Numbered from the stretch's first letter, positions 1 through 9,999 are shown. The stretch: 64,000 nucleotides of DNA from Candidatus Bathyarchaeota archaeon (GCA_963714275.1 CAVQNT010000002.1:928001-992000), one strand, 5' to 3'. Notes: generated by a model not told the origin, from the sequence alone. Program-made: numbers and translations.

Positions 1-211
1 AACTAGCTAGCCAGTCAGCTAGAAGCAACAAGAATGTCGCAGTATTCAGCCTTTTCGACCAGTTGGGGAATGAGTTCTGGAGGGTTCTCAGGTCAGCGTC
101 AATCGTGACATTGACCGAGTATTTAGCTAGTTTCATAGCCCGTGCGCAACTGTGACAAATGTTTCAATAGAACCTTTGTTCCGTAGGATTTAATAAGTAT
201 GAAGTGTAAAG

Positions 212-466
212 TTGGTAAGGGATGTAAAGATGACCCATGTGAAAGTAAGCTCAAAATATCAGATAACTATTCCAAAAGATTTCAGGGAGGCACTCAGCAT
301 AGAGGCAGGTGACCGGCTTTATGTTGGGCGGGAAGGTGGGAAGATTGTTCTTCACCCTTTCCCTAAGGTTACGAATCCAACAGATAAGCTGTATGGAAGC
401 GTTAGAGGCGAAGAGGATGCTGTTGAAGCTGTCCGAAAGTTCAGGAGAGCTGGGGGCAGATCTTGA
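212..466 (+). CDS. AbrB/MazE-type antitoxin (VapB-like)
   Basis: VKVSSKYQITIPKDFREALSIEAGD is a SpoVT/AbrB motif; overlaps the downstream PIN gene. Confidence 0.85.
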   Translation: MVRDVKMTHVKVSSKYQITIPKDFREALSIEAGDRLYVGREGGKIVLHPFPKVTNPTDKLYGSVRGEEDAVEAVRKFRRAGGRS

Positions 467-882
467 CATACTATATAGACACAAATGTATGGATTTACGC
501 CATGATTGCCCATCCAAAATATGGGGGAAAATGCAGGGAGATCTTGAGTAATATCGAGGCTGAGAAATTGGAGGCTGCCATTTCCACTCAAGTTCTAGGA
601 GAGATCACAGGAGTCTTATACAGCCAGTATAAAGTGAAAGATACGACGTCCCAACTCAACGCGGTGCTCTCCTACCCAATTGATGTCTACATTATTCATC
701 CAGATGTAATCAGAGTGGCAGCTGAGTACGCTCGAGACTATGGGATCACACCTTACGACGGAATCCATGTCGCCTCAGCAGTAGAAAACAATGTTAAAGA
801 AATAGTTTCAGCGGACAGAGAATTTGACAAGGTAGAGACAATAAGAAGAATAGACCCGATAGAATTCAGCTTCTCCTCCTAG
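463..882 (+). CDS. vapC: PIN-domain toxin
   Basis: YIDTNV, E, YDGIHVA and SADREFD acidic PIN motifs. Confidence 0.9.
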   Translation: MTYYIDTNVWIYAMIAHPKYGGKCREILSNIEAEKLEAAISTQVLGEITGVLYSQYKVKDTTSQLNAVLSYPIDVYIIHPDVIRVAAEYARDYGITPYDGIHVASAVENNVKEIVSADREFDKVETIRRIDPIEFSFSS

Positions 883-1115
883 GTAGGGTTCCATTAACTC
901 TTCTCTGGCTTTTCTGATTGTTTTTTCTGCATGTTTCTACGCGAACTCAGTGGTATTCCAACCTATAATGAGGTTCAATGCTTTCTCGCTCGTTCCAGGT
1001 TGTTGTAATTGGTATTTGACATGTCTTATGTCATTGTCGCTGTGACCTACGTACTGTAAGCATTCATTCTCCATCTGGATCGCTTTGAACTTAACGGGCG
1101 CATCTCTATACTTTT

Positions 1116-1370
1116 TTACTCATAAATGGTCTTTCTGTGACCAACATCTAAGAAGACGACAAGTTGAGGCTTTGGTTCGATTATGTATATAATTCTATAT
1201 TTGTCCATTCTCCATCGCCATCGTCCCTCAAGCTCGCCTCGTAATCTAACACCTGAATAAGGGTTATTGAGTATCTCGTCGATAGCCCTTAAGATCCTAT
1301 TCTTTATGTTCTCTGGGAGTTTCTTGAACTCTCTAAGAAAACTTTTGGTTAAGGCAGCTTTGTAAGCCAA
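1116..1370 (-). CDS. relE: RelE/ParE family toxin
   Basis: NPYSG..LRGELEGRWRWR..KYRIIY...GHRKTIY. Confidence 0.85.
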   Translation of the reverse strand: MAYKAALTKSFLREFKKLPENIKNRILRAIDEILNNPYSGVRLRGELEGRWRWRMDKYRIIYIIEPKPQLVVFLDVGHRKTIYE

Positions 1371-1379
1371 AGCCGTTAT

Positions 1380-1598
1380 TCACTCAGTAAATTTCTTAAT
1401 TTCACTGCTATTTTGAACTGTTATGTATTCTCCTTTCACGTATTCTTGTTCAGCCTTACGTATTCTCTCCAAGCCTTCCTTGTCCATTAACTCCTCAAGT
1501 GTTGTGAGAACCTCTTCAACTTTGGCTAGTCCCGTATAGAGGTCTTTTAACAACTCCTTGGGTATAGAAACGGTTTCTGCCACGCTATGCACCAGCAA
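1380..1598 (-). CDS. putative antitoxin partner of RelE
   Basis: small acidic ORF directly upstream of relE; ETLE-like/RKAEQEY..G pattern. Confidence 0.65.
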   Translation of the reverse strand: MLVHSVAETVSIPKELLKDLYTGLAKVEEVLTTLEELMDKEGLERIRKAEQEYVKGEYITVQNSSEIKKFTE

Positions 1599-1654
1599 TA
1601 TTTTTTCTCTAGCCTCTTAATTAACTTTCTCTCAATGTGGGGAGGCTTATTACG

Positions 1655-1707
1655 GTTCTCGTTCATTCCAGGTTGTTGTTACGACGGACACTCCATCCGT
1701 ATTCATG
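1655..1707 (-). pseudogene. N-terminal fragment of a GT2 glycosyltransferase
   Basis: near-identical to the start of 58819..59463 (MN.DGVSVVTTTWNERE). Confidence 0.7.
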
Positions 1708-1779
1708 GTTTAGGCCTCTAGATGAAAAGACAGGAAAACGTTTATTTTCTTGAAAAAGAGATTGCCCAGAAAGGTAAAA

Positions 1780-2301
1780 TTAGTCGTTTTCTGCTGTCAC
1801 TACAATGGTTGCGGTGGTTGGTTGGTCTGAACTCACTGATTTGGCAGTTGCAGTTATTTCAAAGTCGAATCTCCAAGCTCCAGACGCATCTAATGTTACA
1901 GCGGCTGGATCAGGCGCTCCTATTGTCATAGTGCAAGCCGTATCACCTACAATGTTGCTCCCGCCGGGTACAGCTGCAAACTTAACGGTTATAGTGTATG
2001 CGGTGTAGTATGAGGTTAACGTGTCTAAGTTGCTGTTGAAATGAAGATAAACGTTGGCTTTCGTTGTTGTGATGTTTAATATGTTGCCAAGACTCGGAAC
2101 TGTAGCTTTAGTAATGCTTTTTGTTTCTCCTTCTTCTATATTGCCTAAAGCGGAATTTTGCACTGTTAATGTGGTAACCTCTTTAATAGTTTGCGTTACT
2201 TGCAGCTGTGCTTGTTCATAGACATATGCTGAAACTGCTATGGCAGATAAACTTAGCAGTATAAACAGAACATTAACTATTGGTCTTCTTTGAATTCCCA
2301 T
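1780..2301 (-). CDS. secreted/surface protein (VSAYVYEQAQ family), paralog of 39119..39646
   Basis: N-terminal hydrophobic signal; Thr-rich beta-type sequence; full-length similarity to the paralog. Confidence 0.75.
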   Translation of the reverse strand: MGIQRRPIVNVLFILLSLSAIAVSAYVYEQAQLQVTQTIKEVTTLTVQNSALGNIEEGETKSITKATVPSLGNILNITTTKANVYLHFNSNLDTLTSYYTAYTITVKFAAVPGGSNIVGDTACTMTIGAPDPAAVTLDASGAWRFDFEITATAKSVSSDQPTTATIVVTAEND

Positions 2302-2409
2302 GTTTTCTACCTAGTCAGCTAGATTCTTTTATCTTTATCTGGGATATCTAGCTGAAAAATAAAAAGTATTATGAATGCGCAGTATAGATTCCATATTCAC
2401 ATTCTTTAT

Positions 2410-2500
2410 AATTTTTTGTGCGATATACGATACATACGATACAGAGGATGCAAACAGAAGCGGATAAAAGTAAATAAGAGAAAAAAAAGAAAAAAATTTA
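2410..2500 (-). repeat. degenerate element-end/leader-like repeat
   Basis: reverse complement matches 18308-18400 (TTTTTCT...GTATCGTATATCRCACAAAAAA). Confidence 0.7.
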
Positions 2501-2521
2501 ATAGCAGATTGAAGCGAGAAG

Positions 2522-3025
2522 TTGAATATTTCAAGAGTTTTAGGAATATTATTTCTGCTCTTCGTAGTTTTGGGAATATTATTTCTGGTCTGTTCATTTT
2601 TTGTTCCTTTTTACAGTTTTCTACCTGCTTGGAAACATTGGGAGGGTACTTATACAATTGGGGCAGGAACAAGCAATGGGCCTTTAGTAGAACTGTCCTA
2701 CGGGCCAGTGGTTGAAGGAATACTTGTCATAGACGGAGGCAACAATGATATTAATTTCTCAGTAGAAGACTTTCAGGGAGGAACTGTTATTTCGAAAACG
2801 TTGGCGTCAGATAGATACTACTTCGGTCCATTTCAGGCGTTTCAAAATACATATTATTTCATTTTCGACAATAGCATGAGTCTTAACCCCAAGACGGTAT
2901 ATTGGATAGTCCGTGCGTATTGGTATAACCTTGTATTCTTAATATTTGGTGTTTCTTCACTGGCTTTGGGAATAATCGTATTGTTGTATGAAAGAAAAAA
3001 AGGCCTATCCTTTAGTTGGCGTTAA
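2522..3025 (+). CDS. membrane-anchored protein with possible GOLD/emp24-like beta domain
   Basis: N- and C-terminal TM helices; DINFSV...YYFIFDNSMS. Confidence 0.6.
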   Translation: MNISRVLGILFLLFVVLGILFLVCSFFVPFYSFLPAWKHWEGTYTIGAGTSNGPLVELSYGPVVEGILVIDGGNNDINFSVEDFQGGTVISKTLASDRYYFGPFQAFQNTYYFIFDNSMSLNPKTVYWIVRAYWYNLVFLIFGVSSLALGIIVLLYERKKGLSFSWR

Positions 3026-3100
3026 TTAATCTAAATGTCTCCGGGATTCTTATATTTGGGTACCATAGTCAGCTTAGCTCGTAGAATGGTTTGGGTTTGG

Positions 3101-3115
3101 GACTAAATTTTAATC
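3101..3115 (+). repeat. left target-site duplication GACTAAATTTTAATC
   Basis: identical direct copy at 9506-9520. Confidence 0.9.
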
Positions 3116-3230
3116 TTTTTCTTCTTCTTCTTCTGTTATGTTCTGTTACGTTACGTTATATAATCTCGTCTTGTCTTCTTCTCTTATCTACTGACTCTCA
3201 CACTCTCTTCGCTCTGCACTCTGCTCCTCT
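3116..3230 (+). repeat. left terminal inverted repeat (115 bp)
   Basis: reverse complement of 9394-9505 apart from one extra CTT unit. Confidence 0.95.
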
Positions 3231-3264
3231 CTGTAGAAAACAACTAGAACAAAGAAGACAAAGA

Positions 3265-3930
3265 CTAGGAATACTTCTCTAAATAATCATTTATGGCTTT
3301 GAGAATTCTTCCTTTGTAAACTTCATCTTTAACACTTTTCTCTATTATCCAAGAGCTGACAAAATCCGTTATAGGATGAATGCATAATCTTACAGCAATC
3401 TGTTTGTCAAGGCTTTCAGGGTCTAACTCGTATTCGATTCGGTTTTGAATCTCTTTTAGTTTCCTAAGAAAATGAAAAACTAGGGCTTCATCTATTTGTT
3501 CATTCTCAGGTAGAGAAAAAAAAGACTCTTTACTTTTTCGTTCGAATTCTGTCATTCTTTTAAGTTCATCTGAAGCTTCGATTAGTTTACCAAATTTTTC
3601 GTTGTTTAGGCTGTAAGTTACATATTGGCTTCCTTCTTTTGGAGTTCGAATGACATATTTGGCTTCAATTAGATGTTTAAGATGGTTATTCAATGTTGGT
3701 TTAGACATCTCTTCTGTTCGTCCATGCACAAAAAACTTGTATAGTTCATTGAAATGCATCTGTTCTTGGAGAAATAGAGCCACGAATATTTTGGTGCAGT
3801 ATTCGTCTAATCCTGTCAAGTTTTTCGCCTTTGTTAAGTTACCAGTAAATTTACTACTAGTTAATATACTACTACTTAAACCTTTGTGTAAACACCTGTG
3901 AGGTAATAAATATGCCACATGAAGAAACAA
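3265..3930 (-). CDS. winged-helix transcriptional regulator (true start probably downstream of the ORF call)
   Basis: MHFNELY...MSKPTLNNHLKHLIEAKYVIR...YSL (HxlR/ArsR-like wHTH). Confidence 0.75.
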   Translation of the reverse strand: MFLHVAYLLPHRCLHKGLSSSILTSSKFTGNLTKAKNLTGLDEYCTKIFVALFLQEQMHFNELYKFFVHGRTEEMSKPTLNNHLKHLIEAKYVIRTPKEGSQYVTYSLNNEKFGKLIEASDELKRMTEFERKSKESFFSLPENEQIDEALVFHFLRKLKEIQNRIEYELDPESLDKQIAVRLCIHPITDFVSSWIIEKSVKDEVYKGRILKAINDYLEKYS

Positions 3931-4085
3931 GAAAAATAATCAAGGTAGGAGAAACTTCTTTCGCAGTTATCCTTCCAATGCCTTGGCTCAGATACTATAA
4001 ACTCGACAACAAAGATTCAGTTGAAGTCATTTCAGATGGCGCCGTAACAATAAAACCGCTAAAGAAAAAAGAGGCTAAACCATGA
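3912..4085 (+). CDS. AbrB/MazE-like DNA-binding protein (57 aa, not in the ORF track)
   Basis: manual translation MPHEETRKIIKVGETSFAVILPMPWLRYYKL..KDSVEV; GAGGT RBS; ATGA overlap with the next gene. Confidence 0.75.
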   Translation: MPHEETRKIIKVGETSFAVILPMPWLRYYKLDNKDSVEVISDGAVTIKPLKKKEAKP

Positions 4086-4507
4086 CCGAAGACATGAAAC
4101 TGAAAGAACGAGCTGAATGGCAACAGTTCAACGAAGCCATCGAAAAAGAAGGAAAAGAACGCATCAGCCTCAGCGAATACCGCAAACTAGCAGAAAAAGA
4201 CAAGCATCCTGAAGACTTCATTGAAAATATAGGCTCATCTAGACCATTAGCTCACCAAGCCCAAGAAGAAATGAACGCTCAAAGGACAATTCGAGCCTTC
4301 AACATGGAAATAGAACTTTTGAAGAAAAACCCGAATTGCCACGTTGAAATTGGTCTTTCCCGTGGAGCTCCCATAAAAGGCGTTTTCAGAGGATTAGACG
4401 AAAGATACGCTAAAATTGCAGTTGAAGAGGACGGTTCAACGAAAGAATTAACCATAGTCCGCCTCGGCTACGTTGTTGCGATGCGAATTAGAATGACAAG
4501 TGAGTAA
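4082..4507 (+). CDS. protein with C-terminal Sm/LSm(Hfq)-like domain
   Basis: VEIGLSRGAPIKGVFRGLD...TIVRLGYVVAM resembles Sm1/Sm2 motifs. Confidence 0.5.
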   Translation: MTEDMKLKERAEWQQFNEAIEKEGKERISLSEYRKLAEKDKHPEDFIENIGSSRPLAHQAQEEMNAQRTIRAFNMEIELLKKNPNCHVEIGLSRGAPIKGVFRGLDERYAKIAVEEDGSTKELTIVRLGYVVAMRIRMTSE

Positions 4508-4509
4508 CC

Positions 4510-5033
4510 ATGAGGTTTAGTCTTCTTTTGCAGAAAAGACTCAAAATCAGTCGGATTACTCTGTTCTTTAAAGGATATTTTCTGATATCTAACACTCAAA
4601 CGCTTGGAGGCGTAACCTCTAGGGTTGTTGGAGAAAAACGCATTCACTACATTTTTTGGGATTTTGACAAGTGCACTCTCGGAGAAATTGAAACAAAACT
4701 AGGTCAAATTCAGCGAGAATTCGGTCTCGGTAACATCTATGTAACCTCTGACCTTGAAGGTTCGTATCGAGCTTGGTGCTTCTCTAAAAGGTCTTGGATA
4801 GAATACTTGCACATTCTAATCAGCTCTTTTCCATTGTTGGATTACGGATTTTGGGTTTGGACAGTAAGACGTGGAGTGCAACATTGAGAATTAACAAAAA
4901 AGAGGGAAGACAACCTCAGCGTGTTATTTCATTCCTGAAAGGCTACGAAGAAACTAGCATTCCAGAAAAAATGGTTCATGTCATTTATGACACTGGAATA
5001 GAAAAAAGTGGCATGGTGGTCAAAATTGGATAA
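4510..5033 (+). CDS. possible AEP (primase-polymerase)-like protein, frameshifted near 4880
   Basis: IFWDFD (hhhDhD), YVTSDLEGSY, LD, then ATLRINKK in the second frame. Confidence 0.4.
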
Positions 5034-5361
5034 ATTCCCAGAGGCATTCGCAAGGTTCGAGGAAGACGTTGACACTGAAGAAATTGAAGATTTCAGAGAA
5101 TTGAAAGCCAGTTTCAGCCTCTGGGCTGGTGAACACTGGGTAGGTTCCTCGAGGCAGATAAGTGCTTTGAAGGTTGAAGCTCATAGACTTGGAATTTCCG
5201 TTCCAGTTGTGGCTAAGCCAAAACGGATTGCTAAGGGAAGAGCTCGCAGAGGCAAAGTTGAAGCTCGGACTTGGCGTTTCGAAAAGGTAACTGTGAAGGG
5301 TAAATCTCAACCTCGTTACCGAGACTTGGAGACTGGAAGGTTCATCAAAAAACCCGAGTAG
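5008..5361 (+). CDS. basic protein with RDxxxGRF C-terminal motif
   Basis: RYRDLETGRFIKKP; homolog at 19160..19375. Confidence 0.7.
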   Translation: MAWWSKLDKFPEAFARFEEDVDTEEIEDFRELKASFSLWAGEHWVGSSRQISALKVEAHRLGISVPVVAKPKRIAKGRARRGKVEARTWRFEKVTVKGKSQPRYRDLETGRFIKKPE

Positions 5362-5373
5362 GAAGGTGAAACT

Positions 5374-5610
5374 ATGAGGTGGAAGGATTGCGGATATTTA
5401 TGTGTAAGTAAAAGCGGAAAGAAAATTGTCATAGTCATTAAGCATATTCGATATGTTGCAACTTTGGAAGCGTTCATGAAAATCTTGGATGGAAAACAAA
5501 ATTACACTCTGATCTATGAACCGCCACAGAAAGAAGTGAAAAAAGGACTTTTTGATGAGATGAGCAAAGAAGAACAGCTGGAAAGAATGAAACTGCTTAG
5601 AGGTGATTGA
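5374..5610 (+). CDS. hypothetical protein
   Basis: GGTGA RBS; lies within the operon. Confidence 0.6.
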   Translation: MRWKDCGYLCVSKSGKKIVIVIKHIRYVATLEAFMKILDGKQNYTLIYEPPQKEVKKGLFDEMSKEEQLERMKLLRGD

Positions 5611-5871
5611 GGATGGCGAAAAAACAGAGTTTGGTTTTGAACCTCAATGAGAAAAGCGACTATGAAAGACTTGAAGAACTGCTTAACAAAGGATACGAGT
5701 TGAGGCAAGTTTTGAATAATCTTGTAATTTTGGAGCTGAAGGAAACAGAACAAAAAATTGTTAATCTTGGTCAACGTATCACATGACAAGGTAGATGACC
5801 TTCTGAAGGAAGGCTACGAAGTTAAAGAATCGTATAAAGACAGCGTGGTACTCGTCAAGAAGGCTTAAAGT

Positions 5872-6078
5872 GTGAATCCATTGCACAAGTTGATGGTTGA
5901 CGAGTGTTTTAGTGGTGGCGAAACCCTGAGCATCGAGCTTGTTAGTAAGAGAACAGACCTACATTTTTGGGAGGCAGCACACTGGCTCGGTAAATTGGTG
6001 CATGAGGGAAGACTAAAAATCGTGTTTCGAAAAGACGGAAGAAAAGCAATTAAAACACTGTATTATGTGAGAGCTTAG
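5872..6078 (+). CDS. small wHTH-like protein
   Basis: LSIELVSKRTDL..EAAHWLGKLVHEGRL. Confidence 0.5.
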   Translation: MNPLHKLMVDECFSGGETLSIELVSKRTDLHFWEAAHWLGKLVHEGRLKIVFRKDGRKAIKTLYYVRA

Positions 6079-6154
6079 CAGTTAGATCATAGAATTGAAT
6101 TATAGAAACTTGTTTCAGAAACTACAAAACAAGCGATCTGCATAGATTCTAGGC

Positions 6155-7189
6155 ATGGTTAAATCGAAAGTTTTGAAGCTATCTTGGATGGTCAAGGCTC
6201 TTATCTTGGAAGAGCTGAAGGCTGTTTCGAGGTTCGAGACAGAAACAAGAACATAACTCGTTATCCACATTTTGAAAGAGAAATAGGCGAAGCAGTCCTA
6301 AAAAGCGGAAACTACGTTTCAGTTGACGCTTTAATTGACCTTGCATTGTGGAATGTTGACACATACATCATGACCAAAAAGAACCGTGTTGCAGCAGTTT
6401 TAAAGAACCTAGAAGACGATTCTCACGTTAAAACTAGGGTTTGCCAATATAAAGCCCTAGAAGACGGTAAAGGCATTCAAATCGCTAAACAATTGGTTCA
6501 AAGCAAGAATCAGAGGACAATGTTCAGTTCTCAAAAAATATGATATTAAAATTCCAGAGCTAAACATTGAAGGAATGATTGAAAGCGTAAATTCGGAAAG
6601 CCTAGAATTTGCGAGAATAAAACTGACTTCTATTGAAGGCAAATTTTCAGAACTTTACTTCAAGCAGATTTTCAGCTTGTTTCCAGAGAACATTAGACCT
6701 AAGAAGAGAATGACTTTCAAGGCTTACGATGGAATAAACAACGTCTTCAATTTTGGCTATTACGTCTTGAAATGCAAAATTCATAAGGCTTTGATTAAGG
6801 CTAAACTTGAACCTTATTTAGGCTTTTTGCACAGTGTCCAGTTTGGGAAGCCTAGTTTAGTGTGCGATTTTCAAGAACTGTACCGCTACCTCATAGACGA
6901 TTTTCTGATTGAACGTAGAACGAAGTTTCACAAAAACGACTTTGTAATTATAACAGACTTTATGATGCGTCTTCGTATGGGAAAGAAGATTCACTTGTGC
7001 GATTACGAGACTGATAGTCTAGCTAAAGACTTAAATTCACTATTTGAACGAACAATCGAAATCCCACGTATAAAAGTCGGCAAAAAGCAAACACTTGAAA
7101 CGTTGATTAACGAAGAAACCTTACTATTTGCTAAGTATCTAAGAAATGAATGGAAATCTTGGACTCCAAGAATAGCGGTGTTAAAATAA
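6155..7189 (+). CDS. cas1: solo Cas1 integrase (casposase-like), two apparent frameshifts near 6180 and 6507
   Basis: GSYLG..EGCF N-terminus; IEGKFSELYF, DGINNVFNFGYYVL, LEPYLGFLH, SLVCDFQELYR carry the catalytic E/H/D(E). Confidence 0.92.
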
Positions 7190-7205
7190 GCCATTAGCGA
7201 AGAAT

Positions 7206-8241
7206 TTACTCCGAAAAGAAATCTTGGAGTCTTTTCATTTCTCCTTGTATTTCTTGGGGTTTGCTAATTTTTCTAGATTCTTCAGCTTGTAAATTGCATA
7301 GCCTCTTAAAGAAATATTCCAGCCTATTTTTCTCGATGTCCTTTCCGTAATAAATTTTGTATTTTTCATTATCCAATTTATCAGCAAGACCAATTTCACA
7401 GAACTTCTTTAGCGTGTTTTGTACCCACCTTTTCCTAATTTGAGCCATTTCGCCCTTCAAACCAGACCAAGGTATATAGTACTCGTAAGCTTTTTCTAAT
7501 ATTTGGTCAAGATTGACTTCAAAATCCTCACTTCCTTCACTGAAAGTAGGGAAAATTTCTCCCCATATCTCATTCATTAAGTATGATATCGGGGGTTCTT
7601 TTCTTGTGAATTTGCATGAAGAATATTCAACTGCTAGTTTTTGGATATCAAAGCTAATTCCATTTTCAATCCTTTTTTGTAGTTCAGCACAATTCACATT
7701 TCCGCTAACATGTTTAATGATAATTTTGTCTAGAGCTGGGAACTTCATGCCTTGTATTAGTCCCCATTCAGTTATACACAAACTTCTTTTAAGTTCTAGT
7801 TCTCCATCACTTACCATTTTTGATATGATTCTTAGAAACTCGAGCCGAATCTTCAAGATAAACAAGTAAGAGAACATCGTGGTTCTGCACCCATTTAACA
7901 GCTGTATCCCACCCTCCGACTTCTTTCATATACTTCTGTAATTGGGGCAGTAATCCAAGTCTGGCTATCGAATTCAGCTGAGGAATTGAGGTCTTAACCT
8001 CGCAAAGGATACCGCATTTATCATCATCATATTGCATAACAATATCAGGCTTTACCTCTTCTCCATCTTTCGTGCGGAATATGGGTTCTGAATAGACAAA
8101 TTTACAGCCAAACTTATAATTTTCCAAGTAGTTCTTTATTCCAAGCGTGAGAAGAACTGTATCGTAGTATCTTTGAAATTCAAGCTTCTTGCTTCTCAGA
8201 CAATATTCAAATTCTGAGGAAGCCATTCTGAGAACCCTCAC
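7206..8241 (-). CDS. PD-(D/E)xK nuclease-domain cargo protein (two overlapping ORFs, probably one gene)
   Basis: VKPDIV...CEVKTS motif; ORFs 7807..8241 and 7206..7877 overlap. Confidence 0.6.
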
Positions 8242-8265
8242 TCAAAGAAATCGGCTATTTTGCCT

Positions 8266-9286
8266 TCATGAAAGGCTCTCTATAAGGTGCTTTGAGAAAC
8301 GCATTAAAGCTGCCTTTGTGGCTTTGATTTGGGGCATAACTAAAAGTGAATCTGAATCGTATGTTCTGAGTGAAAATGATGAATTATCTATCCTATCAAG
8401 TAAAGTCAAATAGATATGAGGATTACCTTCGTGAACAATTGAATAGGAACAGAAAGGATATTCTTGAATTGTTTTTATAAATCTTTTACGAATTTCTTCT
8501 TCATCGAACATAGTTTCATCAAATTTAATAATAAGAGGATTTACCTTTTTCTGAGGGTCATCCTTTCTGCTTCTTCCTTCAAATCTCTTATACTTTGAAC
8601 GACACATCTCAGACCATTTTTGAAGTAAAACATAATATTCGTCGAAAGCCCCAAGAGAGTATTGCATAATTCCCTTTCTGCTCATACTAAAATCATATTT
8701 CGCTGAAATTACACTTATGCTGTCGATCCAAAGTCGATCTTTGCGAACAATCTCAAAGGTTTTTGTGAATTCTTGGGATTCGAATCGTATATTAGATACC
8801 CTTTGTTCTCCGAACATACGCTTGGCAACATACTTATTAGTGTTGAAGTCAACTTTCTTGTTTTCACTAAAAAATGTCAGAAGTTCAAAAATCTCTTGAG
8901 ATGTTAAATACCCTAATATAGCATTAGGATACATCATTGTAGTTAAGTATAAAAGGCATCTATCTACATAGCGCGAAGACTCACCTGTTATAAGAAAAAT
9001 TTGATTCTCTTTTTGAAGTGCATAAAATCTACCTTTTACATCCTGTTCCCTCATTCGTCTAGTTGCCTCACAAAACCATAGCTGAGTGAGGCTCTTGTTC
9101 GTTATGAGATAGGTTAGAATATTTTATCTCTATGCCCTCCTCTAAAGCCAAATCTTTAAGAATTTGTTCGAATTTCATATCTGAAAGCAAAGAAAGGACC
9201 TTTACAGAGCCATAACTTCGTTTTAGGGCAGAAGCGGAATAATTATTAAGTATAAGCTTCTGGGCGAACGTTATTTCATCAGACAA
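8266..9286 (-). CDS. hypothetical cargo protein (probably frameshifted: 9068..9286 plus 8266..9054)
   Basis: long ORFs co-oriented with the nuclease gene. Confidence 0.55.
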
Positions 9287-9393
9287 ATCTTAATCCCTAT
9301 TATGTCTCAGCTCAATAAGACAATTAAGGCTTTGGGTTTTTCTAAAGGGATTAAAAATCTGTTTTATTGTCAGATTAGTGTAGAGAGTAGAGT

Positions 9394-9505
9394 AGAGGAG
9401 CAGAGTGCAGAGCGAAGAGAGTGTGAGAGTCAGTAGATAAGAGAAGAAGACAAGACGAGATTATATAACGTAACGTAACAGAACATAACAGAAGAAGAAG
9501 AAAAA
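9394..9505 (-). repeat. right terminal inverted repeat (112 bp)
   Basis: reverse complement of 3116-3230. Confidence 0.95.
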
Positions 9506-9520
9506 GACTAAATTTTAATC
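9506..9520 (+). repeat. right target-site duplication GACTAAATTTTAATC
   Basis: identical to 3101-3115 in direct orientation. Confidence 0.9.
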
Positions 9521-9620
9521 CCCACACACACACTTATTTTCTTTTATTCTTTTATTTTTTCTTTTATTCTCTTTCCCTCTGAACGTATATCCCGTGTATC
9601 GTGTATATCTCATACAACTG
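9521..9620 (+). repeat. leader-like/element-end repeat (CCCACACAC...CGTATATCCCGT...TATATC)
   Basis: similar to the reverse complement of 36610-36691. Confidence 0.7.
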
Positions 9621-9795
9621 ATTGACAAAATGTAGCACAAAACACATAAATACAAGTCTGTCATGAGGAAGCTGGAGATGTCTTAGTTAGCTAAAGAAAA
9701 TAATTTTTATTTAGCGCGCGCGCTAAGATTATTCAATTCCGAATTCTTGTAGACTATAGAACTGCTGAAGGTATTCTACGCCTTTTTCAGTGGTT

Positions 9796-9999
9796 TTAAT
9801 TAAGTCTGCCGTTGCCTTCAGAATTTGCGATTAATCCTGCTTTTTTGAGTTTTTCAAGGTACTCTTCCAGCATCTTGAAGTTCATGTTAGCTCCATACAC
9901 TATTCTGGTTTTTTTGGCGCCTTTGCTAGCAATTTTCAGAATCTCAGCAACAATTTCTAGGTTGCTTCTTCTCTGTGACATATACATTTTCGTTAACAT
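9796..9999 (-). CDS. archaeal winged-helix regulator (possibly truncated or frameshifted at the 3' end)
   Basis: RRSNLEIVAEIL...GAKKTRIVYGANMN...YLEKL..GLI. Confidence 0.8.
   Translation of the reverse strand: MLTKMYMSQRRSNLEIVAEILKIASKGAKKTRIVYGANMNFKMLEEYLEKLKKAGLIANSEGNGRLN

Larger units (their letters stand above)
3116..9505. mobile_element. Cas1-solo casposon-like element lacking PolB
   Basis: TIRs at 3116-3230 and 9394-9505, 15-bp flanking direct repeat, internal cas1. Confidence 0.85.
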
